DNA of 34,395 nt from Deltaproteobacteria bacterium (GCA_016194725.1 JACQAW010000170.1:1-34395), one strand, 5' to 3'; positions 1 to 9,026 are shown, counted from the first letter of the stretch. The notes: a model not told the origin generated them from the sequence alone. Numbers and translations: made by a program.

Positions 1-261
1 TAGTACCCCGCCCGCGTAAAGATCACGTTTTGAGCGGCGGCTTTTGCCGCAGAGCTTCGTCAGCGGACCACAAAAAAGCCTCACCAGCCCGCACCGGGGA
101 TGGTTCCGGTTTTTTGCGTTCCGCTTCCTCGCTCTGCGGAAAAATCCTTGCTCAAAAGCGCGATCTTTACGCGTGCGGGGTACTAGGCCGTTGCAGTAGT
201 TTGATTTCCTGGTTGCCCCCGGCCCGGGGAGCCGATAAACTTCATGCTGGGGGTTTCACGA

Positions 262-720
262 ATGAAGAAATTGTTGTTTGCCGTGACGTTTTTGTTTCTC
301 ACGACCGGGTCACTCGCGCTGGCCGAGACTTGCCAGGAGTGCATGTCTCAGTGCCCTCATGAAACCAGGGACATCAAGCCCTGCGACCTGGGGTGCAAAG
401 AGGTTTGCCCCGCGACCGAAACCAAAGAGGAAATGAAATTCCGCCGCTGCTCCGAATGCATGGAGCCGTGCCCACACCTGACCCGCGACCTCAAGCCCTG
501 CGACAGGGGCTGTCCGAAATTCTGTGATACAGCCTCGCTCGTCAGGCTGCTGCACAAGGCAAAGTCCGAGCTGCGGGAATGCAGGAAAAATGCGGATGGA
601 GTTCCCAAACAGACGGTTGAAACCGAGGAAATCGACGGCAAGAATGTCGGGAACGTGCTGCCACCCTCCAAAGCCACTCCCGATGACGAGCAGACGACGC
701 CTACGAAAAGGCATCTGTAA
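262..720 (+). CDS. Exported cysteine-rich repeat protein (hypothetical)
   Basis: Signal peptide MKKLLFAVTFLFLTTGSLALA from ATG 262; two 26-aa repeats with 6 Cys each; low-complexity tail. Confidence 0.75.
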   Translation: MKKLLFAVTFLFLTTGSLALAETCQECMSQCPHETRDIKPCDLGCKEVCPATETKEEMKFRRCSECMEPCPHLTRDLKPCDRGCPKFCDTASLVRLLHKAKSELRECRKNADGVPKQTVETEEIDGKNVGNVLPPSKATPDDEQTTPTKRHL

Positions 721-734
721 ACCAGCTCCCCTGC

Positions 735-1490
735 TCAGGTGTCGTCTTTGATGCAGTCCTTGAAAACGCGCGGGTCCCCCTGCGCCCATTGCGCGGCAGC
801 CTCGGGATGGGCCAAGGCGGCCAGGACGCTTGAGCAAAGCTCATACAGGTTTCCATCCAGCCTCTTCTTTGGAAGCCCTTCGAACGCGGCCTCGATGATT
901 CCGCTGATTCCTGTCAGAAGTTGCAGGGACATCGGAATTTGCACTTTAGCGCGGTCTTTTTCAAACGACTGGCGGCAGCGCTGGACTGAAAAGGAGTGGG
1001 CCATGCGGCAGGTCAGAGGCCTATTCTCGTAAACAGAGCATTGGTTTTCGTCAGAGAGCAGGGGACAGGCGGTTTTGTTGTTCATGTTTTTCCGGACGGA
1101 AGAATCTTTGAGATCACGCACGCGGGCCCGCATTTTGTCCTGGAGCGCTTCCACCTGCTCTTTCGTGCGGGTGGCCTTCAAGGCCCCTGCGATTCGCAGG
1201 GCTTCAAACGGAAAAGCAGTTGCGGGCTGATGGCAGCAGTAGGAACAACCTTTTTCGCAGGCGGTGCCCAGCTTCCTGCCCACCTGCTCAAGGAACCCGG
1301 AGGCATGGGCATGAGTGGCATCGGACAGCTTGATGGCAAGCTGCTCACCTGGTCCCTTGTCTTCGAGGATGTGTGATTGGATGGCTTTCTGGTTGGCTTG
1401 TGAAGCTTCAAAAAAAGAGAACTCCGAATCATTTTTATGCCTGCGAGCCAGAGCGGCATAATCCGGACGCGGGTGAGTCTTGATTCCCAT
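735..1490 (-). CDS. YkgJ/CxxCxxCC family Zn/Fe-chelating cysteine-cluster protein
   Basis: Motifs CEKGCSYCC, ACPLL, CSVYENRPLTCR. Confidence 0.85.
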   Translation of the reverse strand: MGIKTHPRPDYAALARRHKNDSEFSFFEASQANQKAIQSHILEDKGPGEQLAIKLSDATHAHASGFLEQVGRKLGTACEKGCSYCCHQPATAFPFEALRIAGALKATRTKEQVEALQDKMRARVRDLKDSSVRKNMNNKTACPLLSDENQCSVYENRPLTCRMAHSFSVQRCRQSFEKDRAKVQIPMSLQLLTGISGIIEAAFEGLPKKRLDGNLYELCSSVLAALAHPEAAAQWAQGDPRVFKDCIKDDT

Positions 1491-1599
1491 TGTTCTCTTT
1501 ATAATGCTCTTTTACGTTCACCGAGGAAAGAGGCAGTGCAGAATTTTAAGCAGCCTCGAAACCTTGTCGAACTTCTGGCCAAACGAAGGGTGATTCTGA

Positions 1600-1615
1600 T
1601 TAACTGGTCAGTTAA
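1600..1615. promoter_or_regulatory. Inverted repeat TTAACTG-GT-CAGTTAA, possible operator
   Basis: Perfect 7-bp arms in the divergent intergenic region 1491-1761. Confidence 0.35.
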
Positions 1616-1709
1616 CTTCAATTGAATCCGCGAAGGCTGCTCATCGCGATGCCTCGGTTTGCCCAATGACCGAGGCGAGTTGCAAGATCCCTGTTTCAAG
1701 TGATTTTTT

Positions 1710-1726
1710 TTGGCGCGCCGCTTGCT
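1710..1726 (+). promoter_or_regulatory. sigma54 -24/-12 promoter for the 1762 gene
   Basis: TTGGCGC-GCCGC-TTGCT (GG-N10-GC); no GAGACA-type box upstream. Confidence 0.6.
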
Positions 1727-1761
1727 GATCTAGTCCCTAAGACAGAAAGAGGAACCAAAAA

Positions 1762-3379
1762 ATGTTTATATCCCGTTTTGCTTCGAAAGGCGTAATTGCC
1801 TTGATCGCCATGACTCTCAGTGCAGGCTCGCTCGCGAATGTCGCGCATGCCGACCCCGGCCATGAAAAGCCGCATCACGGTGAAAAAGATAAGTCCGATG
1901 ACACCGATAAGGGCCCCCAGACTCGCCGTAAAACAGCAAGCCGCCCGCGAACAGGCCATGAAAGACCAGGCTGCGGCTCATGAACAGGCTACTAAAGATC
2001 AGGCTGTTCGTGAACAAGCCGCTCGCGAACAAGCAGCCCACGATCGCCAGGTCCGCGAACAGGCCGAAAAAATTCAAGCCGCCAAAGATGACATCGCCAT
2101 CCGCGCTGCTCGTGAACAGGCTGAAAAAGATCACAAGCTCAAGGAGCAGAACGATCGCTTGGCTCAGATCATTCGCCAGCAGCAGGAGCAGCTGGATCGT
2201 CAGGCCAGGATCGAACATTGGAAAGAAGAAGACCTGAAGCGTCAGCGGCAGGCCTTGGCCGAACAGCAGGCCCGCCAGCGTGCCGAGATGGAACGTCTCG
2301 GCGAAGTCGAGCGTCAGGTGCGCCAGCAGGCTGAACTCGATCGTCTGGCAAGAGCCCAGCGTGAAGAGCAGGAAAAAATCGATCGCCTGGCTCGTATGAA
2401 CGCCGAACAACGAGAAGCAATGGCTCGCCAGGCGCGCATCGAACGCGAACAGCGCGAACAGATCGAACGCCAGGCGTTGGTCGAACACTGGGAACACGAG
2501 CAGCTCGAAAAGCACCGGGTTGAACTGGCCGAACGCCAGGAACGTGAACGGCTCGAACGTGAGCGCCTGGGCGAGATCGAACGCCGTCAGCGCGAACAGG
2601 CTGAAATCGCCCGTCTGGATCGCATTCAGCGTGAACAGCAGGAAGCTTTCGACCGTGCCGCGCGCGAACAGGCGGAACACGATCGCCTCGTCCGTGAACA
2701 GCTCGAACGCGATCGTCTCGTCCGTGAACATCTCGAACGCGATCGCCTTGTCCGCGAACAGCTCGAACACGATCGCCTTGTCCGCGAACAGCTCGAACAC
2801 GATCGCCTTGTCCGGGAACAGCTCGAACGCGATCGCCTTGTCCGGGAACAGCTCGAACACGATCGCCTTGTCCGGGAACAGCGCGAAATGGAGCGCCTCG
2901 CGCACCTGCACGACTTCAACCACTACCAGTGGATGCTGGGCGACGACGTGGCTCACAATGAAGACCACCTCACCTACTGTTACGCGGTTGCCAACGACGG
3001 TGGAATCATGAACGCGGGTAACCCCCAGGACGAAAGCCTGTGCGTGATGAACGTTGGCGCCAAGCCAACGTATAGCACGTACCTCTGGCTCCAGGACGGA
3101 CGCTGCTACGCGAAGCACTCGAGGAGCGGTGAGTTCCTCAACCGCCGCAGATGGGTTGAGCCTCGCTTCTGCCAGTACTCGCCAGTCTACCGTGTTCGCA
3201 CTCGCGGCACGGTGCTGAGCCAGAACGACGCGAATCCGTTCGGGCTCACCAAGAAGCCTTTCGACATGAAGAATGTCGATGAAGACTCGGTCGATTCGAA
3301 GATGATTGCTTTCGGCAACAGCGACGAGAATGGCCCTAAGTCGGCCAGCCCAGCGCCCGGCCGTTCAGTAGTCGACTGA
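1762..3379 (+). CDS. Exported long charged-helix repeat protein with C-terminal Cys-containing domain; frameshifted near 1911-1930
   Basis: SD GAGGA and signal peptide (MFISRFASKGVIALIAMTLSAGSLANVAHA) in the 1762 frame; E/R/Q-rich body in the 1820 frame; removing one C from the C5 run at 1914-1918 joins them. Confidence 0.65.
2663..2881 (+). repeat. 30-nt coding tandem repeat, 7 units plus a partial unit (REQLE[H/R]DRLV)
   Basis: Unit cgcgaacagctcgaacacgatcgccttgtc repeated head to tail with few substitutions and no spacers. Confidence 0.95.
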
Positions 3380-3404
3380 AAGACCTGATCTGATCAAGTG
3401 TGGC

Positions 3405-3437
3405 CGGCCCTGGGACTGATTTTCAGTCTCAGGGCCG
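3405..3437 (+). terminator. Stem-loop downstream of the repeat-protein gene
   Basis: 15-bp stem cggccctgggactga/tcagtctcagggccg with one G-U pair; no clear U-tract. Confidence 0.45.
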
Positions 3438-3467
3438 CAGCACATTAAAACCAGCCACGAGGGAAAG

Positions 3468-4562
3468 ATGAATCAGAGAGCTTCATCGCAACCGAAATCG
3501 CAGAAACCGAATGACCTGTCGGCAGTCCGCGCCTTGCTGACTGGGCTCGCGCTTGCGATATTCTGGCTGGTCCTCGGCACCGGCGAAGCGCGCGCCGGCA
3601 AATACGACAATTACTTTCTGGATGCCGACCAGACCCTGGACCAGGAGCTGCTCGAAGATGGCCGCCTCGACATCACCGTGGCCTTCGGCTTTCAGCAGGA
3701 GGAGCCGTCGGACAGTCTTATTCCGGGAGTGAAGCAGGTCGTGAAGGCGGTCGATTCTTTTTCGCTCGATCGTCCCGCAATCGCCAGGAACGTGGGCGAT
3801 CTTGATCGCGCACTGATGGCCAAAGACCCGAACTTCAGAAAGACCATCTCGCATGGCGAGACGGTTTATGAAACCACCGTTCTGCGCGGCGGGCGCGTGG
3901 TGCCCGTGCGGGTCAATGTGCTTTACCCTACCGACCGCAAGTCGGTGGATCTGCTCAAGAGCAAGTTTCTTGCGGCGCTCAAGACCAGCGATGTCATCAT
4001 TTACAACGGCCATTCGCGGGCCGGCGACGGGTTTCCCGACTTCGACCGCCCCGCCTTCGGCCATGGCAAGGTTTTTTCGGAAGACACGTTCGGCGGCCAC
4101 TGGAGCGGTACTGAAAAACACCCGTTCAACCGCTTCAAAAAGCAGGTCCTTGCCGTGGTGTCCTGCGAGTCCGACAAGTACTATCACACCATGCTGCGCA
4201 ACTCGTTCGACGAGAAAGACCCCGCGAACCTGGCGCTGATCCTGACCAAAGCCCCTGGCTACAACGAAGACCTGGCCCCCACCAGCGCAGCGCTCATCGG
4301 TGGTCTTATGGCGGGAAACCAGCCCGACGCCATTCTGGATTCGATGGAGCAGTCCGCGAAGAACTACTACGGCGGCGACTTCGACCCATCGATGCCCACG
4401 CTTTTTTCCGAGGACGGCTTCATTAAACGTTGGACTTCTGCTCCAGGTTGGCGCCTGCCGCCTGTTGCCGCCGACGTGCGTGACGTCAAGGTGGTACCAT
4501 CGGTGCCGACTGCAGCGTCGCGCAGCGTGGCCTCTGTTCCGGACGCGATTCCGGCGCGCTAG
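3468..4562 (+). CDS. Exported hypothetical protein, possible caspase/gingipain-like (clan CD) fold
   Basis: N-terminal hydrophobic segment ending ARA; DVIIYNGHS and VLAVVSCES motifs; SD GAGG. Confidence 0.7.
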   Translation: MNQRASSQPKSQKPNDLSAVRALLTGLALAIFWLVLGTGEARAGKYDNYFLDADQTLDQELLEDGRLDITVAFGFQQEEPSDSLIPGVKQVVKAVDSFSLDRPAIARNVGDLDRALMAKDPNFRKTISHGETVYETTVLRGGRVVPVRVNVLYPTDRKSVDLLKSKFLAALKTSDVIIYNGHSRAGDGFPDFDRPAFGHGKVFSEDTFGGHWSGTEKHPFNRFKKQVLAVVSCESDKYYHTMLRNSFDEKDPANLALILTKAPGYNEDLAPTSAALIGGLMAGNQPDAILDSMEQSAKNYYGGDFDPSMPTLFSEDGFIKRWTSAPGWRLPPVAADVRDVKVVPSVPTAASRSVASVPDAIPAR

Positions 4563-4583
4563 TTTCTCCATCCTGCGAGCTAC

Positions 4584-4619
4584 GGGCTGATTTGTCTCTC
4601 GGATGAGCCGGAATGTCTC
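4584..4619. promoter_or_regulatory. Tandem enhancer boxes (GAGACA-N3-TGTCTC type)
   Basis: GGGCTG-ATT-TGTCTC 4584-4598 and GAGCCG-GAA-TGTCTC 4605-4619. Confidence 0.7.
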
Positions 4620-4661
4620 GAGGCAAGGCCTTGGCTCCCTCGGAACAACCGAAAATGGCGA

Positions 4662-4678
4662 TTGGCACCGAATTTGAA
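4662..4678 (+). promoter_or_regulatory. sigma54-like promoter for hsp20-like gene
   Basis: TTGGCAC-CGAAT-TTGAA (-12 GA variant), 42 nt downstream of the proximal box. Confidence 0.6.
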
Positions 4679-4748
4679 AAGACAAGGAATAAGCACAAGA
4701 CGTCTTAGATTGCCCGATGTGCGCAACTAAATTTCAAGGAGAGAGAAG

Positions 4749-5135
4749 ATGAATCACCAATCCCAACTGCAAGCTGTAAATTCCGTGGTCTTGTTTCCAA
4801 CCCCTGAGTCACGGCTTGAAAAAAGGCCGTCGAAACTTTCCAGAATGCTTGACTTGAATCCCGCGCCACCGCACGCGTTGATGGAAAGCGAGTCTGCCTA
4901 TTCGATCGTGTTTAACATGCTCGGAATTGAGCAAAAGGGCATCGGAATCGACATCGATACCGGCAAGCGCGAGGTCACGGTGTTGGCACGGCGTGAGCGT
5001 GAGTTTTCTCGCAACGGGTTTTTTTGGACCTTTGGCGTTCCGGGTGACGCCCTGTTAGTGGAAATGACAGCCCGCTTCAAGGCCGGTGTTCTCGAAATTG
5101 TCATTCCGAGATCGCCGCAGTTCATTGTCGCGTGA
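4749..5135 (+). CDS. Hsp20/alpha-crystallin-like protein (divergent)
   Basis: ESESAYSIVFNMLGI...ARFKAGVLEIVIPR pattern; SD AAGGAG. Confidence 0.75.
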   Translation: MNHQSQLQAVNSVVLFPTPESRLEKRPSKLSRMLDLNPAPPHALMESESAYSIVFNMLGIEQKGIGIDIDTGKREVTVLARREREFSRNGFFWTFGVPGDALLVEMTARFKAGVLEIVIPRSPQFIVA

Positions 5136-5157
5136 ATCCAAAATCCCAAACTCAGAA

Positions 5158-6306
5158 TTAAGCGGAGCTTCTGGTTTTACGTTGCTTCGGCAGCCGCACG
5201 ACAAAGCGTGTATTGGGCGCGCTGGAATCGATGACGAGGCTTCCACCATGATTCTCGATGATTGCCGTGGAAACGCTCAAGCCAAGCCCCGAGCCCTCTC
5301 CCATATCCTTGGTCGTGAAAAAGGGTTGCATGATTTTTTCGCGCAGTTCTTTGGGTATGCCGCGGCCGCTGTCGGAAACAGCGATTTCGACGTTTTCCGG
5401 GCCGTCGAGAACTTCAATTTTGATCCATCGCTCGTCCAGCTGAAGAATCGCGTCTTTGGCGTTGTTGATGAGATTCACGAACACCTGGCTGATCTGGGTT
5501 TCCTGGCACAAGATCTCGACACTGGCATCGATCCCCGTGGTGTGGGTGGTGATTCCGTGTTTTTTGAAGCTTTCCCAGGTAAAACCCAGCACGTCGTTGA
5601 TCATGCGTGCGACTGACGTATTATGGAACGGGTCGTTGGTCCCATCGCGGGAAAGCGCGCGCATGCCGCGAATAATCGCAGCCATGCGATCGCAAAGGCT
5701 TTTGACCGTATCAAAAGTTTTGAGAAGGTCCGTATCAGAACGCTTGCCTGCCTGTATCTGCATTTCCTGGAATTCCACGCGACCGCGAATGGTCGCAAGG
5801 GGGTTGCCAAGCTCGTGAGCAATGCCCGCGGCGAGCTCGCCCACGCTTGCCATTTTCTCGGAATGAATGAGAGTCGCGCGATGCCGTTCGGCCAGCTCCT
5901 GAACAAGCTTCTGCTCGGTGATGTCGGTGCGAATCGCGACGTATTTGAAGGGGCGGCCCTTGGCGGTCATAAAAGGGACGATCGTAGTGAAAACCCAGTA
6001 GAAGCTGCCGTCTTTTGTGCGGTTTTTGACTTCGCCTTTCCACGTCTTGCCCGAAGAGATGGTGGTCCAAAGATCGACGAAGAATTCCTTGGGATGGTGG
6101 CCTGAGTTGATGATTCGGTGGTTTTGGCCGATCAGCTCCTCGCGGGAAAACTTCGAGATCTCGCAGAACTTGTCGTTGAGGTAGGTAATGGTCCCTGTGG
6201 CGTCGGTGAACGCGACGATCGAAGAGTGGTCCAGCGCGTGGCGCAGATCATCGACCTCTTTTTCAGTGCGCTCCAACTGCTCTTCAACGCTCAACCGATC
6301 GCTCAT
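5158..6306 (-). CDS. Soluble PAS-domain sensor histidine kinase (HK1)
   Basis: NifL/Aer-type PAS (IGQNHRIINSGHHP...WKGEVKNRTKDG), H-box AHELGNPL, N box NLINNAKDA, G boxes DSGRGI and GSGLGL; no TM segments; start ATG 6306 with SD GAGG. Confidence 0.92.
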   Translation of the reverse strand: MSDRLSVEEQLERTEKEVDDLRHALDHSSIVAFTDATGTITYLNDKFCEISKFSREELIGQNHRIINSGHHPKEFFVDLWTTISSGKTWKGEVKNRTKDGSFYWVFTTIVPFMTAKGRPFKYVAIRTDITEQKLVQELAERHRATLIHSEKMASVGELAAGIAHELGNPLATIRGRVEFQEMQIQAGKRSDTDLLKTFDTVKSLCDRMAAIIRGMRALSRDGTNDPFHNTSVARMINDVLGFTWESFKKHGITTHTTGIDASVEILCQETQISQVFVNLINNAKDAILQLDERWIKIEVLDGPENVEIAVSDSGRGIPKELREKIMQPFFTTKDMGEGSGLGLSVSTAIIENHGGSLVIDSSAPNTRFVVRLPKQRKTRSSA

Positions 6307-6318
6307 GCCATCCTCGAA

Positions 6319-6373
6319 GTGACAACGTGTCTCAAAGAATGGCACTATCAGGCCAAATTGGCTCAATAGTCAA
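6319..6373 (-). promoter_or_regulatory. Putative sigma70 promoter of HK1 overlapped by two operator boxes
   Basis: Minus strand TTGACT (6373-6368), 18 nt, GATAGT (6349-6344); boxes GAGCCA-ATT-TGGCCT (6364-6350) and GAGACA-CGT-TGTCAC (6333-6319). Confidence 0.55.
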
Positions 6374-6397
6374 GTGAGTGCCAACAGCCAGTCGCCT

Positions 6398-7675
6398 TTA
6401 CGGTCCCTTGCAATAGAGATCGCGCCAGGAGCGCTGGAGCTGATCGCGATCGGCAGGATGTGCGATCGAAAGGAGCGCTTTGGCTCGCTGAGCCAGGTTC
6501 TTTCCATAGAGATCGGCGACTCCATATTCGGTAATCACGTAGTGAACGTGCGCTCGCGTCGTCACCACGCCCGCGCCGAGCCTCAAGGTTGGAACAATTC
6601 GTGAGCTGCCTGATTTTGTACGGCTGGGTAGGGCGATAATGGGTTTACCACCCGGCGAAAGCGAGGCACCCCGCATGAAATCCATTTGCCCGCCTGCGCC
6701 AGAGATAATTCTAGTTCCGATGGAATCCGCGCAAACCTGCCCGGTAAGGTCGATCTCGACGGCCGAGTTGATAGCGACCACCTTGGGGTTACGAGCGATA
6801 TTGGCCGCGTCGTTGACGTAACCAATGTCAAGTTGCACTACCGAGGGGTTGTCATGGATGAAGTCATAAAGTTTTTTGGAACCCATGACAAAACCCGAGA
6901 CGGTTTTGCCGGGATGTACCTTTTTCAAGGAGTTATCGACCGCGCCGGAGCGGAGCAGCTCCAGGGCTCCATCGGACCACATCTCGGAGTGGATTCCCAG
7001 ATGACGCCGGTCTTTGAGCACGCCGAGCACGGCGTCCGGAATATTTCCGATTCCCATTTGCAAAGTTGAGCCGTCGTCGATGAGGCTGGCAACATGATGT
7101 GCTATGGCCTTCTCGATATCACCGGGCAGGGTGGCGATTTCCTCGGGAAGTGGGTCGTCGACCTCAATGGCGTGGTCGATGCGACTGATATGGATGAAGC
7201 CATCGCCGTGAACGCGAGGCATTCGGGGATTGATCTGGGCAATGACGACCTTTGCGACGTCGATTGCGGCACGTGCGATGTCCACGCTCGTTCCCAGGGT
7301 GCAGTAGCCGTGTTGATCGGGGGGAGAAACGTGAATGAGGGCGACATCCAAGGGGAACCGGCCGGAGCGAAAGAGCTGCGGGATTTCTGATAAAAAGCAG
7401 GGAATATAATCGACCTGTCCCGGGTTCAATTTTTGGCGAAGGTTGGCGCCAATGAAAAAGGCTGAGACCTTGAAGCTGTCGGCCACGGCGGGATCGGCGT
7501 ATTTTGACGTTCCGATGGTATGCAGGTGAACCAGCTCCACGTTCTTCAGGCGACCGGCTTGGGCTGCCAGCCCGTCCAGGAGACGCGTGGGAGTCGCCGC
7601 CGCGCCTTGCGCGAACACGCGTTGGTTGGATTGAATCGCGGCGATGGCATCTTCGGCTCTTAAATGTGTTTTCAT
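6398..7675 (-). CDS. Acetyl-CoA hydrolase/transferase family (4-hydroxybutyrate CoA-transferase-like)
   Basis: TLQMGIGNIPDAV, HLGIHSEM, GAGGQMDFMRGA, VITEYGVADL motifs. Confidence 0.93.
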   Translation of the reverse strand: MKTHLRAEDAIAAIQSNQRVFAQGAAATPTRLLDGLAAQAGRLKNVELVHLHTIGTSKYADPAVADSFKVSAFFIGANLRQKLNPGQVDYIPCFLSEIPQLFRSGRFPLDVALIHVSPPDQHGYCTLGTSVDIARAAIDVAKVVIAQINPRMPRVHGDGFIHISRIDHAIEVDDPLPEEIATLPGDIEKAIAHHVASLIDDGSTLQMGIGNIPDAVLGVLKDRRHLGIHSEMWSDGALELLRSGAVDNSLKKVHPGKTVSGFVMGSKKLYDFIHDNPSVVQLDIGYVNDAANIARNPKVVAINSAVEIDLTGQVCADSIGTRIISGAGGQMDFMRGASLSPGGKPIIALPSRTKSGSSRIVPTLRLGAGVVTTRAHVHYVITEYGVADLYGKNLAQRAKALLSIAHPADRDQLQRSWRDLYCKGP

Positions 7676-7689
7676 CGAAAGCTTAAGTT

Positions 7690-7706
7690 TGCAAGTTTGG
7701 TGCGCA
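7690..7706 (-). promoter_or_regulatory. sigma54-like promoter for CoA hydrolase/transferase
   Basis: TGCGCAC-CAAAC-TTGCA (-24 CG variant), 39 nt from box 7746. Confidence 0.5.
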
Positions 7707-7745
7707 CGCCGCGGGGGCGGCAGAAACCGGGATAAGATTCAAAAT

Positions 7746-7781
7746 GAGACAAAGCCTGCACCAGACGTGACAAGTTGTCTC
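7746..7781. promoter_or_regulatory. Tandem enhancer boxes
   Basis: GAGACA-AAG-CCTGCA 7746-7760 (half-site) and GTGACA-AGT-TGTCTC 7767-7781. Confidence 0.7.
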
Positions 7782-7821
7782 ACGGGCATTGGAAAAAAAT
7801 CCGTAACTTCCATGACTTCTG

Positions 7822-7838
7822 CTGGCATCAAGTTTGCT
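7822..7838 (+). promoter_or_regulatory. sigma54 promoter
   Basis: CTGGCAT-CAAGT-TTGCT, 40 nt from box. Confidence 0.75.
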
Positions 7839-7850
7839 CATTAGACCGGT

Positions 7851-8339
7851 ATGAACAAACAATCACCAGCACAGTATTTGAACTTGGGTAGCAAGGTCAC
7901 ATTTTACGTCGTCGCGAGTCGTACGGAAGCCGTGTTCTTTTCGGTGGGCGACGAACAGGCGTTTCGATTCGTTGAACGGCTCTCGGACGAAAAGGGTGCT
8001 CTTCACGAGAGCGAACTCGTTTCGGACAGACCGGGCAGAGGGCTGTCAAGCGCAGGTAATGGCGTCGTTCGTCATGCCGTTGGGCATGGGGAGACGCACC
8101 GCGAACAGCTTGCAAAGAAGTTTGCAGCTCGAATTGCGGCGGCGCTGGATACGGCGCGCGCGCAAAAGCGCTTTACTGAAGTCGTACTTGCAGCCGAGCC
8201 ACGCTTTCTCGGCCTATTGAGGGAGGCGCTTGGATTGGAAATTCGTGCTTTGGTGAAACATGAAATTCCCCGTGAGTACGTCAAGTGTTCAGATGGCGAG
8301 GTTCGCGCCCGTATTCTGAAGGCGATCGAGAAAGAGTGA
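7851..8339 (+). CDS. Host-attachment family protein (bacterial aeRF1-like, baeRF)
   Basis: YVVASRTEAVFF, ELVSDRPGR, KFAARIAAALD, VLAAEPRFLGLLR. Confidence 0.85.
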   Translation: MNKQSPAQYLNLGSKVTFYVVASRTEAVFFSVGDEQAFRFVERLSDEKGALHESELVSDRPGRGLSSAGNGVVRHAVGHGETHREQLAKKFAARIAAALDTARAQKRFTEVVLAAEPRFLGLLREALGLEIRALVKHEIPREYVKCSDGEVRARILKAIEKE

Positions 8340-8358
8340 TTTTTCCGGGTGCCTGAGA

Positions 8359-8955
8359 TCATTTACCCAGGTAAACCACGCAGCGAATCGCGATGCGGTC
8401 GTCGGATCTGAGTCCGCCCATCATGGCAGTGAGCGGTACCAGGCCAAATGTGGTCTGGGCGATCTGGATATTGGCCTCGTAGGTATTCGCCCCTGTCTTC
8501 TTGAAGCGAATGTACTGCTCCACTGCCCGGCCGTGTAACGTGAGCAAGCCCTTGGCAAGAATCGAACTGCCATCGCGCTGCACGGAAACATCATTGACCT
8601 GATATCGAATCCACGGAAAGTCATCGCCTTGAAGCAACTGAGAGCGAATCTTCTGTTTGATCCGGCTCTTGTCCGCCTCTGAAATGTCTGGAGAAACGAC
8701 CTCAAGCCCGTTCACGTCGATTTCAGCCTCGATGCGAGCGCCTGCCGGGCAGGATTCCTCGGGCGTGACAGTGACGACCAGCTGCTGCGCGAGAATAACT
8801 GGCGCTTTGGCCAGTTTCGCCAAGGGGCCGCTGTTGCTGGGATGAAGCTCAATATAGACCTGTCGCTCCGAGAAGCAGAGTTTCCGTCGCGGCAGATTAA
8901 GCGCGGTAAAGAAGTCACTTTCCATTGTGTTCTCTTCCAGTCGAATCGGCTTCAT
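8359..8955 (-). CDS. YceI-like (lipid/polyisoprenoid-binding fold) protein
   Basis: LLQGDDFPWIRY, AKGLLTLHG, QTTFGLVPLTAMMGGLRSDD; start ATG 8955 after SD AAGGAG; no signal peptide. Confidence 0.72.
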   Translation of the reverse strand: MKPIRLEENTMESDFFTALNLPRRKLCFSERQVYIELHPSNSGPLAKLAKAPVILAQQLVVTVTPEESCPAGARIEAEIDVNGLEVVSPDISEADKSRIKQKIRSQLLQGDDFPWIRYQVNDVSVQRDGSSILAKGLLTLHGRAVEQYIRFKKTGANTYEANIQIAQTTFGLVPLTAMMGGLRSDDRIAIRCVVYLGK

Positions 8956-9009
8956 GCTTACTCCTTTGAGTGTTGAATCCACACGGGACATTCCGCTTGT
9001 CTGACTATT

Positions 9010-9026
9010 AGCAGGCTCCGTGCCAT
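9010..9026 (-). promoter_or_regulatory. sigma54 promoter for YceI-like gene
   Basis: ATGGCAC-GGAGC-CTGCT, 40 nt from box 9067. Confidence 0.72.

Noticed and set aside
2663-2881. 30-nt repeats as a CRISPR array
   Set aside because: Head-to-tail with no unique spacers, in-frame coding, and no cas genes in the window.
1817-3118. 433-aa minus-strand ORF and 2520-3011 plus-strand ORF
   Set aside because: Shadows of the repeat-rich real gene.
3405-3437. Hairpin GGGACT...AGTCTC as another enhancer box
   Set aside because: Spacer is 7 nt rather than 3, it is part of a longer stem, and no sigma54 promoter follows.
3483-4685. 400-aa minus-strand ORF
   Set aside because: Antisense shadow of 3468-4562 with no motifs.
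6368-6384. TTGGCAC on the minus strand as sigma54 promoter for HK1
   Set aside because: The -12 element is out of register (GG-N10-AC); the same applies to CGGCAC near 10952-10957.
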